NCBI RefSeq assembly: GCF_902459465.1
Contig: NC_047074.1
Location: forward strand, 7,316,001 to 7,380,000
DNA length: 64,000 bases
From: Asterias rubens
Taxonomy: Eukaryota
Reading direction: 5' to 3'
The position numbers and the translations under genes are program-made. Every line of letters begins with the position of its first letter. Within the stretch, counting starts at the first letter, position 1. The notes under the pieces were generated by a model. That model was not told the origin of the DNA. It did no database searches and saw nothing but the letters and a program-made list of their open reading frames with translations. Below, piece after piece: positions 36,217 to 48,075 of the stretch.

Positions 36217-36587
36217 TTAAAGGAACATTACAGAATTGGTTTTGCTTACAAAGCAGTTGCTGGCAGTGTAAGCACTCTATGTATTCCACCATATATACAC
36301 TGACAAACCTGTAGAAGTTTGAGATCGATCGGCCATCTGGGTCACAAGAACATAGTGAAAAACCGATCACACATTTTGCATGACATCGATGGAAGACAAA
36401 AAAATGAATAAAATGCTCCCTGAGCGATCAACTCCAAACGTGAAATTAGATTCAGATTTATGACATTTCAGTTATAAATATTTCAAGGGGTGTTTTCTAC
36501 TATCATCATCATTAGACGGCGTAAGTTTTAAGTAAATCTGTGATCTTCACGATTTTGTTTCTTACCAATTCTGTAACGTTCCTTTAA
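36217..36587. mobile_element. Kolobok-type MITE family C, opposite orientation to 29586-29970
   Basis: 20-bp TIR AGGAACATTACAGAATTGGT / ACCAATTCTGTAACGTTCCT with TTAA TSDs. Confidence 0.9.
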
Positions 36588-36851
36588 ACACCATGATAAC
36601 AACATCATTGTCACTTAAGACTACACGCCCTTCTAACCGGCAACATACTTTTTCCAGTAAAAAAAGTCGTATGCAATCCAATGGCTCCTGACAAGAAAAA
36701 AATGTCTGTTGCATTTTTGTTGCTAGAACTACACCAATGAGAAGTGTTCCCATTTCACAGGCAACATTTAACCCTCCTCTGATGACTAATGAATGGCAGA
36801 AAACCAAACAAACTTTCACACACAGTTATTCTTGAAACACACTTTTGAACA

Positions 36852-37219
36852 TTAAAGGGAAGGTACACGTTTGGCAATTACTCAAAACAAATAATAACTT
36901 AAAAACTGACTTAGTAACGAGCAGTGTAGAGCTGATGGTACATGTAGTATAATACATTGTGGGAAACGACTCCCTCTGAACTAACACAGTTTTTGAGAAA
37001 GAGGTAATTTCTCACAAAAAAAAAGAAGAAAATTCTAGCTAGAAGTCTTTTCTTCCTATCTGAAAGCACACAAATTCGTCCAACAAGGGTGTTTTTTCTC
37101 TCATCATTTTCTCACAAATTCAATGACCAATTGAGCCCAAGTTTCACATATGCTTGTTATTTTACACCAAGTGAGGACACTGGTCTTTGACAATTACCAA
37201 ACGTTTACAATGCCTTTAA
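36852..37219. mobile_element. Kolobok-type MITE family A, subfamily A2
   Basis: TTAA-AGGGAAGGTACACGTTTGG...CCAAACGTTTACAATGCCT-TTAA with a family A body. Confidence 0.85.
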
Positions 37220-38591
37220 TTGCTTATAAATGCACTTTCTATGGTAGCTTTGTTACATCCTTTCCACGCACACAAAGTCACGGTAGACTGCTACGCTTCT
37301 AGCAGATTTAAGACATTTTTTGGTGAAAAAAAAAAGACTAATCCAAAGCTTCTATTGAACCCAAAACAAGACAATCTAAACATCAGAAAGTAAATCTGAA
37401 CTGGGGAATTACCCATGATAAGAGACCAGTTTTCAATAATAATGTTTCTTTTCATCAAATAGACCAACCCACGACCAACTTGCATCTCAACATTTGATAG
37501 GACCTTATTGTCTAAATTGGACTTTGGAATACACTTTTAAAATAAATCAACAACTTACCCACTGTTTACCTATTATATTTAAAACAAATTTCATAACAAT
37601 AACAATAAACCTTAATTACAAAATTGAACAATCCTCTCTGCAACACCAGGAATAAAAAAATAAAATAAAAAAAATATTTCTATGATAAAAAAAAATAAAA
37701 AAACCACCAGCAGTGGCCAAAATAATGAATTAAGCAGGTAATTCAACAAGTATAGATTCTGATTATATAAATGTGTATCTATTCCAATCACTTAAACTAT
37801 TATAATATTATGAGCGCTGTGGTTGAATCTCTCTCCACAGTGGTCAAGTCTAGACAAGCTGACCTAACATTCAAATGAACCCGTTGCCATGGTTGCAGCC
37901 GGGTAGGGTAAGAAAAGAAGCAGCAAAGAAAACCTGGAGGCAGGTCAACCACCTGACCAGGGAAAAAAAACCTCAGGGGAAACCTCGGAAATACCCATCA
38001 AAACGGATCAAATTGAAGACACTATCTAATTTATCTTCTTTTTCTTTAAAGTCCACGAGTGTTGGAGCATACCCCAGGGTTGAAATACATGCAAAACCGA
38101 TTGTTTGCACGGACCAACCAACGGGATAGGGAAACTTGCTTTCAATTGTACAAAAGGAGAGAAAAATGCGGGGGGGGGGGGGGGGGGGGGAAATGTAATT
38201 AAGGGAGACCTGTGTGTACAGTGTCAAGCAAACTGAATACTTTGCCTATGAGTGCCCAGAGGCATTTGTGGCCATTGTGGCTGTTTAACATTGGATAGCA
38301 GCAATTCCTTGACCTTATGAGGACAATGACTAGACCACTTGGGGGCACAGACTACTACTGCTACTGCCAAAGTATCTAGCCACACAGTGCTAATAACTGC
38401 TTATTTACATGAGCAAAGTGGCCCCTTGATATGTTTAGAGAACTACTAGTCTATTCTTAATCACTTTTAGATCTTAGACTGTGGCCCAAGGTTCCTCAGG
38501 GGGTAAGCCCATATTGCTAGAAGACTTAGTGTCCTCCAAACATCAGCCCCTTCCAAGCCTTATCAAAACCCTGATCCAATCTTCAATGTCA

Positions 38592-38947
38592 TTAAAGACA
38601 CTGGACAAAGACCAGTCTTCTCACTTCTCAACATATGCATAAAAAAACATGTGACAATTTGAGATCAATTGGTCATCGAAGTTGCGAGAGAAAAATGAAA
38701 GAAAAAACACCCTTGTCACACGAAGTTGTGTGCTTTCAGATGCTTTATTTCGAGACCTTTAAATTCTAAATCTGGGGTATCAAAATCAAATTCGTGGAAA
38801 ATTACTTCTTTCTCGAAACATTACTTCAGAGGGAGCCGCTTCTCACAATGTTTTATACTATCAACCTCTCCCCATTACTTGTTACCAAGAAATGTTTTAT
38901 GCTAATAATTATTTTGAGTAATTACCAATAGTGTCCACTGCCTTTAA
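38592..38947. mobile_element. Kolobok-type MITE family A
   Basis: TIRs with TTAA TSDs. Confidence 0.9.
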
Positions 38948-39138
38948 TCTCAAACCACCAAATGTATTCACAAAGATAAAATAATCCTCACAACTTGTTG
39001 TGGCCAAGCTAGCAAGCCCTACAGTTACACAATACTATTCAACAAGTAATGTTTAATTTACCCTAGGAGTGTTTGAAAACAGGGTGGTTCCATATTCTTG
39101 TGCAGAGATGACAAGAACATTAAAAGGGTCCTCATCTG

Positions 39139-39380
39139 GGCCATATATCATAGAGGTGCTAAGCACAACAATTTGTTTAGCATGGAATTTGTGCCTTGAT
39201 AAAAACAGTATTACCAACAAAAATTCCATGTGATTTTCAGGATAAGCAAACAACAGCTGAATACCCGAGTAACAAGCAATATGCAACACATGGAAATTTG
39301 GTTGGTAATCCTGTTTTTATCAAGGAAAACATTTTATGCTAAGCAAATTTTTGTGCTTAGCAGCTCTATGAAATTGGGCC
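39139..39380. mobile_element. Harbinger-like MITE with about 95-bp imperfect arms
   Basis: GGCCATATATCATAGAGGTGCTAAGCACAA... / ...TTGTGCTTAGCAGCTCTATGAAATTGGGCC. Confidence 0.7.
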
Positions 39381-39743
39381 ATGTACAAATTACTATATTG
39401 AGCTCTAATTCAGTTTGTCAATAGAAACATTCCACACAAAAACAACATCAACAAGTCTCGAACTAGATTGGCTTGAAAGCAATATGTTCAACAATCGTCT
39501 TTTCTTTACAATAAGAAAATAGAACATAGGCCAATCAAAGATGGAACAAACAACAAAAAGTCAAGTCACGTTTTAAATATCTGAGACCAAATTCACATCT
39601 GAAACAGGATGATGTTGAAATGAGAATGAAAGTTTTTGGGGGTAGTTGATTAGCAGGGTGAGGACGTCGTTCGGTGTTAAAAACCACCAGGTAGAATCGT
39701 TATCTCTGTGCTTCATGACCGCTAAAGGCCAACATGTAGAGTT

Positions 39744-40068
39744 TTAAAGGCAGTGGACACTATTGGTAATTACTCCAAATAATTTTTAGCATAAAACCTC
39801 ACTTGGTAATGAGTAATGGGTAGATGCTGATGGTATAGAACATTGTGAGAAACGACTCCCTCAATGAAGTAATGCAGTTTTTAAGAAAGAAGTAATTGTT
39901 CATGAATTTGAATTCAAGACAAGGTGTTTTTTTCTTTCGTTATCATCTCGCAACTTCGACCACTGATTGAGCTCAAATTTTCACAGTTTTTTGTTTATGT
40001 ATACGTTGAGATACACCAAGTGAGAAGACTGGTCTTTGACAATTACCAATAGTGTCCAGTGTCTTTAA
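39744..40068. mobile_element. Kolobok-type MITE family A, central deletion
   Basis: TIRs with TTAA. Lacks the central palindrome. Confidence 0.9.
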
Positions 40069-40451
40069 GGTTTCTCAGATTGAACCACCAATCCCCATAA
40101 TCAAAGCTGTCTTTATTGGACCAAAGTGATCTGAAATTAAGCCCAGATGTTACACACGCACTTGCCCCTTGAACATTCTACTGTAACTCCCACATTACCA
40201 ACTCACTGACCTTCCCAACTAGGGTTAGGCTGCCCAGGGCAAACGGGTATCCTTACCCTATGATTGGTTCAAAGCACATCATGTGACTTGAGATGGAACT
40301 TCAATCGTAAAAACATCTGTGTGTTCTGATGGTCAGGCCAGTCGGGCCATCATCAGCTTTGTAATCCAGACCTATATTAGGCTTCAAACTAAGGGATGGG
40401 GCCATGGGGGTTAGAGTCCAACCACATTACAACTCCTGTCACTTCTCTTTC

Positions 40452-40839
40452 TTAAAGGCACTGGACACCTTTGGTAATTGTCAAAGACCAGTCTTCTCAC
40501 TTGGTGTGTCTAAACATATGCACAAAATAACAAACCTGTGAAAATTTGCGCTCAATTGGTCGTCAAAGTTGCAAGATAATAATGAAAGAAGAAAAAACTC
40601 TTGTCACACAAAGTTGTGTGCTTTCAGATGCATGATTTGGATACCTCAAAAATCTAATTCTGAGGTCTCGAAATCAAATCCGTGAAAAATTACTTCTTTC
40701 TCGAAAACTACTCCACTTCAGAGGGAGCCGTTTCTCACAATGTTTAATACTATCAACCTCTCCCCATTACTCTTTACCAAGAAAGGTTTTATGCTAATAA
40801 ATATTTTGAGTAAATACCAATAGTGTCCACTGCCTTTAA
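40452..40839. mobile_element. Kolobok-type MITE family A
   Basis: TIRs with TTAA TSDs. Confidence 0.9.
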
Positions 40840-42235
40840 AGTGCTGTCCTGTGAATAGGGCTTATGAGCTCATGTGTAACAAACTGAAGTCATATAACAA
40901 GTCAACAAAAGTCACTCTATTAACTTTACTGGAGTTTTAATCAATCTTAGTTAACGACCTAGCTCACAGTCAGGTAATGCATAGGTTTCTCTTGATTTCT
41001 GTTTTAGACGTGAGTGGTTAATAATAGCAGGTTTCCACACCTGTCCATTGACATAACAGAGACAACAAAAGTGCTTCATTTTAATGAGCCATGTTAATCC
41101 TTGCTATGGCAGCTGTTTTTAACAGGTTGTGTAAAAAGTGTGATATTCGGTCTTAAATGTTGAATAAAGCTTTATTGTCAGCCATTTCACAAAAGGTTTA
41201 TTCCAATACCTCTATAGACAGTTGAATGGTGGAGCAATCAGTGCTGATACACAATTACTAAGCACAGTCAAGTTTCAATTGGCTTTATTAGTAAAAAAAA
41301 ACCAGGGTCCCTTGTCAAAGCTTGTCCAACATTGCTACATTTTGTCAGTGGTCCGGACCTACGACAAATTCTTACACTAGCGGAAGTTTTGACCAAGGAC
41401 GTGGGCTACATCATCGTGTGAAAGGAACCCTTGTTTATTGAACGACGTCCTAGGTGAAAATGCCCATTCAGCGCATGCTATTGTTGGTGCTATCTTGTCC
41501 AACTATGGTGATCAGGATTACCAATTCGTCATATCACTCTCATGGCGCACAAGGGTTGTTAGTTTTTTTTTTAACTTTGCAGTGTGAAAGCTCACAAAAT
41601 CAGTCACACATAGTGATAACAAATAAACAATCCACGCTCATAAATTTTGTAGCAAGGGACACTGGCTACGTTTTTGCAGTCTGAAAAGGGCTTTACAGAT
41701 CTGCTAATCTCACACAACTTTTTTGTTCTTCCACAACAAAGAGCTAAACTAAACATCCAGACAATACATCATGAAGAAGGTGACAATAATTGAAGAAAGC
41801 CTTTCCACCAGACAAATAAAACCCACACATCACACCCTGCGAAGAAAGGGCGTGACAATTACCTATAAATCTCATCATAAGAGTCAGCAGGCTCGTAAAT
41901 ATCTCTCTCCCTAGTGCTTGGTCATGGTGTCCTTATTCAACATTCATTTCAAAAGATTTTGTTTTATGGGAGGTTAGTTCAAATTTACAAGAGGGGGGGG
42001 GGGATTCAGGGAAGTAGTAAACTAAATGTGAAAATTGAGACATAAGAGGTTGAGGGGTTGTTAGAAACGCTCGTGATTTGTAGCTCCTTTTTGCAATGAG
42101 AAGGAAATGACAAAGATATAAACCTAATGACTGCCTTGATGTCTTAGCTTTGTGCACTATTGGCCCCAAGAACCTTTCTTATTCTTTTTCTTTATTTGGC
42201 CATTAAACAATAACAAATACGAGCAGACAGTTTGC

Positions 42236-42620
42236 TTAAAGACACTGGACACTATTGGTAATTGTCAAAGACTAGTCTTCACAGTTGGTGTGTCTCAACA
42301 TATGCATAAAATAACAAACCTGTGAAAATTTGAGCTCAATTGGTCGTCGAAGTTGCGAGAGAATAATGGAAGACAAAAACACCCTTGTCGCACAAGGTGT
42401 GTGCTTTCAGATGCCTTGAATTCGAGACTTCATCTGAGGTCTCAAATTCAATTTGAATATTTTAGCGAAAAATTCCTTTTTCTCAAAACCCATGCAACTT
42501 CAGAGGGAGCCGTTTCTCACAATATTTTATACCATCAGCAGCGCTCCATTTTACGTTACTGAGTATTTTTTATACTGATAATTATTTTGAGTAACTATCA
42601 ATAGTGTTCAGTGCCTTCAA
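42236..42620. mobile_element. Kolobok-type MITE family A
   Basis: TTAA-AGACACTGGACAC...GTGTTCAGTGCCT-TCAA. Confidence 0.88.
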
Positions 42621-42979
42621 AATGATATATGGGTGAAAAACTATTTAATTTTTCTTTATTTTATTGGCAGAAGCCACCAAGGTATAAATTAAAGTTAACA
42701 AACACAATGCATCAACTGATGTGGCCTCCATCACCTAGAGGTTTACAAGAATTTATGTCTGATCAAAACTACCAAAAAAAACTTGTAAAAAAACAAACTG
42801 AGGAAACTAAAGTCAGGAAAGAGACACTTATTTGCTGAAAGGCAACATCGGTGTTGTTGACTGATGATAACTCAGAATAGGCTTCAGGCTGAGCTTTTCT
42901 GAGAAAATCGTAGCGTAAAAAAAACCTTGACATCACAGGGTATCAAGTTAAAATTAACTTTTTTTTATTTTGTATGTTT

Positions 42980-43250
42980 TTTTTTTTCTATCATGAAAAA
43001 ATGTGCGAAACAACAGGGACAAAAACATCTCACCTGGAAATTGATGTTTTTAGAGTAAAGGCTAATCTTGACGTGTCTTTGTTTGTCTCAGGTTGACTTC
43101 ATTATTATTATTTTTCTATCATGAAAAACGGTGAAAAACCGCAGGGAAAAACATCTCACATGAAAATTTGGGTTTTTTTTTCTTGTTTTTTTTTTTTTTT
43201 AGACCAAAGGCTGATCATGACATGTCTTTGTTTGCCTCGGGTTGATTTAA
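42980..43250. repeat. Degenerate tandem duplication of a roughly 130-bp unit
   Basis: TTTTCTATCATGAAAAA...AAAAACATCTCAC...AAAGGCT.ATC.TGAC.TGTCTTTGTTTG appears twice. Confidence 0.7.
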
Positions 43251-44381
43251 TTAGGAACTTTGATGTTAAATGAAGCCAGACAAGTAACACTTCATTCCAA
43301 GCAACTGTAATGACAGGGATCATAGACGTTCATCAAACTCTCACCATCTTTGTCAGGTTCCCTGCTTATACATGTGTTAATGCAATAATAAATTTGGAAT
43401 CTCTGTCTACTAAAATTGGATAGACTAATTTTTCCTTATATTACATATTGGCTGAATAGTGAGAATGGCCTCTTATTTGAGTGTTAACTGTATTGTAGGA
43501 TTGATAATCAAGAAAATTGACTTGAGTTATAATATAATAATAATATAAAAATAATTTATATAAATAATAAAAAAAAAAAAATAGCACCAAAAAATAGCAC
43601 CAAAAAACTAATTATTACGCAAGACTTTCTTTCATCGTTTGAAAAAATGTTGAAATGTATCATCAGCAAGTGAGTCATTTCATACATAAGAAACTGTACA
43701 AACTGACTTAAAAGTTTTTTTTTTTTTTTTACATAAATCCTCACCCATGCCCTGAACTGAAAATAACCATTCATAATAGTAAAATCTATGAAATTGTAGG
43801 CCTTTATGACTGTTGTTTTAAAGAATATGTGATTTAGTTCACAAGGTTTCAGTTCGTGGCACTAGTGATGAAATACCCCCAAAAAGTGTTAAACATTTTT
43901 TATTCTTCCCATATCTTAAGAGCCAAATGATGCAACAAATCCACAAATATTTTACCAAAGTTACGTGCACCATCAGCAAGCTCAAACTCATGCTATGTTA
44001 TGTTGTCCTCCATATTACTTGCGATTCATCATTTCTGTCAATGTCTATTGAAGCAGTCATCACAATAAACAAGCCAAATCAGAAAAAAAATCAACAAATC
44101 AGACTACATGTAGATCAATAGAACAATAACCCAATTGAGTTTCCCTTTACGGCAAAATAAGACAGTCAAAGGGCAATCCAGCGATGAATTCCAAAACACA
44201 CACAGACAAAAATGTGGATATTGGAAATAATACCTTCACAAAAACTGTCCCAACTTATTTATCAATTGATTTGGATTTGTCATTTTCAGCAGCACTCTAT
44301 AATGGCAGATGACAATCAACAAGAACGACCAAGACCAATCTGCCGTATGATCGAACAGTCAGCTGTATAGCATTATCACAG

Positions 44382-44794
44382 TTAAAGGCAGTGGACACTA
44401 TTGGTAATTGTCAAAGACCACAGTGGACACTATTGGTAATTGTCAAAAGTCTTCTTACTTGGTGTATCTCAACATATGCATAATAACAAACCTGTGAAAA
44501 TTTTAGCTCAATTGGTTGTCGTAGTTCCGAGATAACTATGAAAGAAAAAAACACCCTTGTCACACGAAGTTGTGTGCTTTCAGATGCTTGATTTCGAGAC
44601 CTTAAAATCTATTTCTGAGGTCTCAAGATCAAATTCATGGAAAATTACATCTTTCTCGAAAAATACGTTTTTTCAGAGGGAGCCGTTTCTCACAATGTTT
44701 TATACCATCAACCTCTCCCTATTACTTGTCACCAAGAAAGGTTTTATGCTACTAATTATTTTGAGTAATTACCAATAGTGTCCACTGCCTTTAA
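44382..44794. mobile_element. Kolobok-type MITE family A with duplicated left TIR
   Basis: TIRs with TTAA. CAGTGGACACTATTGGTAATTGTCAAA occurs twice (44389 and 44421). Confidence 0.9.
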
Positions 44795-44827
44795 AGTGCT
44801 AGGTGCAGACATGAGGCACAGTGAGGA

Positions 44828-45067
44828 CCCCAACTTCATAGCTCTGCTTAGAATCCGCGCTTGAGGAAGCAACGAATTCTGTGCTTGCGTCAAGCATATC
44901 TCACGGGTAAGCAGGGATTTTTGGCTTGTGCACGTGCGTACTACCCGCTACTATACTTGGCACTCTGCACTTACACAGCTAGTGCAGAAACGCAGCGCTT
45001 GCACGTAAGCAGAGAATGGTGATCGTATGTGCTGAATTCGGCGGTAAGCAGAGCCATGAAATTTGGC
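44828..45067. mobile_element. Harbinger-like MITE, related to 39139-39380
   Basis: CCAACTTCATAGCTCTGCTTA / TAAGCAGAGCCATGAAATTTGG terminal inverted match. Confidence 0.6.
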
Positions 45068-45535
45068 TATTTCCTACACTAATAAGAAACCAAAACTATT
45101 TGACAAAACGTCAAGTTATGCAGCTGTTTGATCTTAACAATTCATACCTACTACTTTCAAATAAATGTACCTTCCTCACTAATTTACCTGTCGGGGGTTT
45201 TCCCCTGAATGAGTGGGAATCTCTAATCATTAAATAAGTTCATCTGGTTTCTCTGTCATGGAGGTAGACATTTCTACCTCCATGGTCAAAGTATGTGAGG
45301 GTAGAGAACCCAGACTCTGACTGTTCACTTCATTATGATGATAGGGTAGAGACGCCAGACTCTTGACTACTCACACCGTAACGGTCAAAAGAATGTGCAG
45401 TCATTGCCAAATCAGTTTTTAAAACTCTGAAGAAAAAATTCCCGCTTGCGGTGTTCTCTTTATTAGAAAAGTGAACTGAAATTGCAAACGAATTGCAATC
45501 GACAACACTTGATCGAACGATAATGAGAAAGAACT

Positions 45536-45574
45536 TTGGTGTGCATTGGTGTGCATTGGTGTGCATTGAGTGCA
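45536..45574. repeat. 10-bp tandem repeat (TTGGTGTGCA) x about 3.5
   Basis: Read directly from sequence. Confidence 0.9.
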
Positions 45575-45962
45575 GAGGCGGTTAATGTCAATAGACTTTT
45601 GCAATTTTCTCTAGTACCCGACTGACGGAACCCCCCCCCCCCATTCATGTGGGCTGCAATGAATGCTTTATTACCTGTATTTAACCCTTCATTCTATCAA
45701 AAATTGCCACATGGACACTTTCAATCATCTGAAATTCATAAGTTTTTATGAAGTTTGGCGATCGCTTTATGATTATGATGGAATACCATGCAGACATGAG
45801 TTGACTCTGCAAAATACCAGCAGCAATAAGCTAAGTAAGCTCAACCACAAAGCACACAAAGCAACTTCATATAAAACACCTCAACAATCTTAACCATCTG
45901 TATCCACGTCACTAAAATGATCTGATTTCAGATTTCTTTACTGTAAACCCTTGGCTCAAGAG

Positions 45963-46245
45963 TTAAAGGCACTGGTCACTATTGGTAATACTATTAGCAT
46001 AAAAAACTTACTTGTTAAAGAACAATGGAGAGCTGTTGATAGTATAAAACATTGAAAGACACAGTTTTGGGGAAAGAAGTTATTTTCCACTAAAATATTT
46101 GAATTTGATTTTGAGACCTCAGAATTCGAAATCAAGCATCTGAAAGCACACAACTTCATGTGACAAGGGTGTTTTTTCTTTCATTATTATCTCGCAACTT
46201 CAAAACGACCAATTGACAATTATCAAAGGTGTCCAGTGTCTTTAA
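45963..46245. mobile_element. Kolobok-type MITE family A, several internal deletions
   Basis: TIRs with TTAA TSDs. Confidence 0.88.
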
Positions 46246-46427
46246 GAAAGAACCAACTATTTTATAATACAACCATTCCTATGCTTTTGAGAAAAAAAAC
46301 TGGTACATTTTCAAGATGGAAAGTCCACGAAAACATTTTGTTTTTAACCAGTTGTCTTTTAGGTTTGCATGTATAATATGATATGGAAAGGGTTGCACTA
46401 ACACCATGTAATGACTATCTCTAATGA

Positions 46428-46507
46428 GTTGGGGTGGTTCTGAAAAGAACTGTTAGTTTCAACTCAATGTTTCGATCGATCAGTATGCTCTGATCGTCTT
46501 CTTGAGA
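46428..46507 (-). ncRNA. Third, more decayed hammerhead-like copy
   Basis: CTC-AAGAAGA-CGATCAG-AGCATA-CTGATCGATC-GAAAC-ATT-GAG...TTTTCAGAACC, homologous to 846-935. Confidence 0.4.
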
Positions 46508-47894
46508 AAGAAGATGAATAATGTATAAACAAGTGTACACATGTGTATACATTATAAACAACAAAAATAAAATTTAAACAATTCAAATGCATTCTTGAAA
46601 TTAACATATTTTGTCCAAACAAGTGTTTTGCAAAAAATGAATCCATACTTGGTTTTAGATGAACAGCTCATTCTGGATTTGTACAAGTCTCTATTTTAGA
46701 CAATCACCAAACTACACTGTCTCTTGATGAAGAGACGCAAACCAGCAGCAGTATACTTTCAAATTTGTGCTTATTCTATCGAAGCACATTGACGTTACCC
46801 ACAGATGGCGCGTGCCCCCTTCGGACAGGGTACAACAACACTGTCTGATGAGTATTCTAATTAGGGTTAAGGCAAGTTCCAATTTTATCGTCATTACACC
46901 GGGAGCGTTAGCGCAAACGTGCTTAATGCTCAACACGGACCCAGTGAGTGCCTCCTATCGTCATGTCAGACAGATAAGGGCACCGAGAAAAAAAGAAAGG
47001 AAAAAAGGGCTAGAACCATCGGCCAGGTCTCTCTATTTTCATCTCTTTCCTTTTTCGGACTATGGCAGAGATTTTTGAGGGGATGACAAAAAATTTCGAG
47101 TGTTTTTGTTTTTGAGAACGAGCCAATGTGCCTTGTTTGTGGCACGTGAAGCAGATAGGGTTTGAATTAACGCCATCACCATACATGAAGGCCCCCCACG
47201 GTGGATCACTTTACACATTTTAATACTGACGCAGTGGCAAGAACGAACGTGGGATGAATGCTTGACACTGGGGCTGAGCTGTTTTAGATAGATCTAGCTC
47301 GACTATTTAGCGTAGGGTTTGGGAATATACAAAAGTGACTTGGTGTAATAATGTACGTGTACGTGGGTAGGCCTTACTTGGGGAGGTTTTTGTCCATTCA
47401 GGGAGTGGGATTTAAACTTGGATTGTCGGACTTGCTATATTCGACACCCCCTCAACTTCTATTTATGGCTTTTATAGGACCCTACCAACCTAAGAGTGTC
47501 TGCATGAGCATGCACTACATATCAAATGGGTAGTTAATGTATATTTGAATTCTCATTTTCGCTGGATATTTTGTGCTTGAAACTGATCTCACCTATGTAT
47601 TTTATAATATCCATAAACATCCTAATCACCATGGGAGCACCCGGGTTTAGCATGTTTCTGATGTTGTTTTCTATATTTTCTCATTGATGCGCCACTCAAA
47701 CAGACTAACTATATCAATTTATTATTTTTGTTTATCATTAACTGCATTGATCTGCATTGATAATAATAATAATTGTGGCATTTGATATAGCTCACATGTC
47801 CGTCACTCAGTGGCGCTCCTGGCGCTGTAACATACAGTATTTCCTGCAAGATGTGGGACTCTGTTTAAAATATGAGACCTAATTCTAATAGCAC

Positions 47895-48075
47895 CATGTA
47901 ATGTTTTACAAGGTAATGTTTTACAAGGTGCTGTGGCGAAATTTGCTGCCGATCGGACCAGGAACACCGGGGCGAACCCCTTCTCTTTTCGATAAGTGCA
48001 CTGGGTTCTTTTACATGCGTTACATAACACATGGGACCAGCCGCTTAAGGTCCCGTCCTAAGGACAAAGCATTGA
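47895..48075 (+). mobile_element. SINE relic with Deu/Nin-like central domain
   Basis: CTTCTCTTTTCGATAAGTGCACTGGGTTCTTTTAC...GGGACC...CTTAAGGTCCCGTCCTAAGGAC resembles, from memory, the conserved DeuSINE/Nin core. Not verified by alignment. Confidence 0.5.

Noticed and set aside
38169-38190. Long G/C homopolymers (also about 4687, 9183, 19510, 45631, 59327)
   Set aside because: Frequent throughout the window with no shared flanks. Lengths are unreliable and there is no specific functional evidence.
46798-46811. CTCF-like motif CCCACAGATGGCGC
   Set aside because: Two mismatches in the core and a single occurrence. Not distinguishable from chance without ChIP data.
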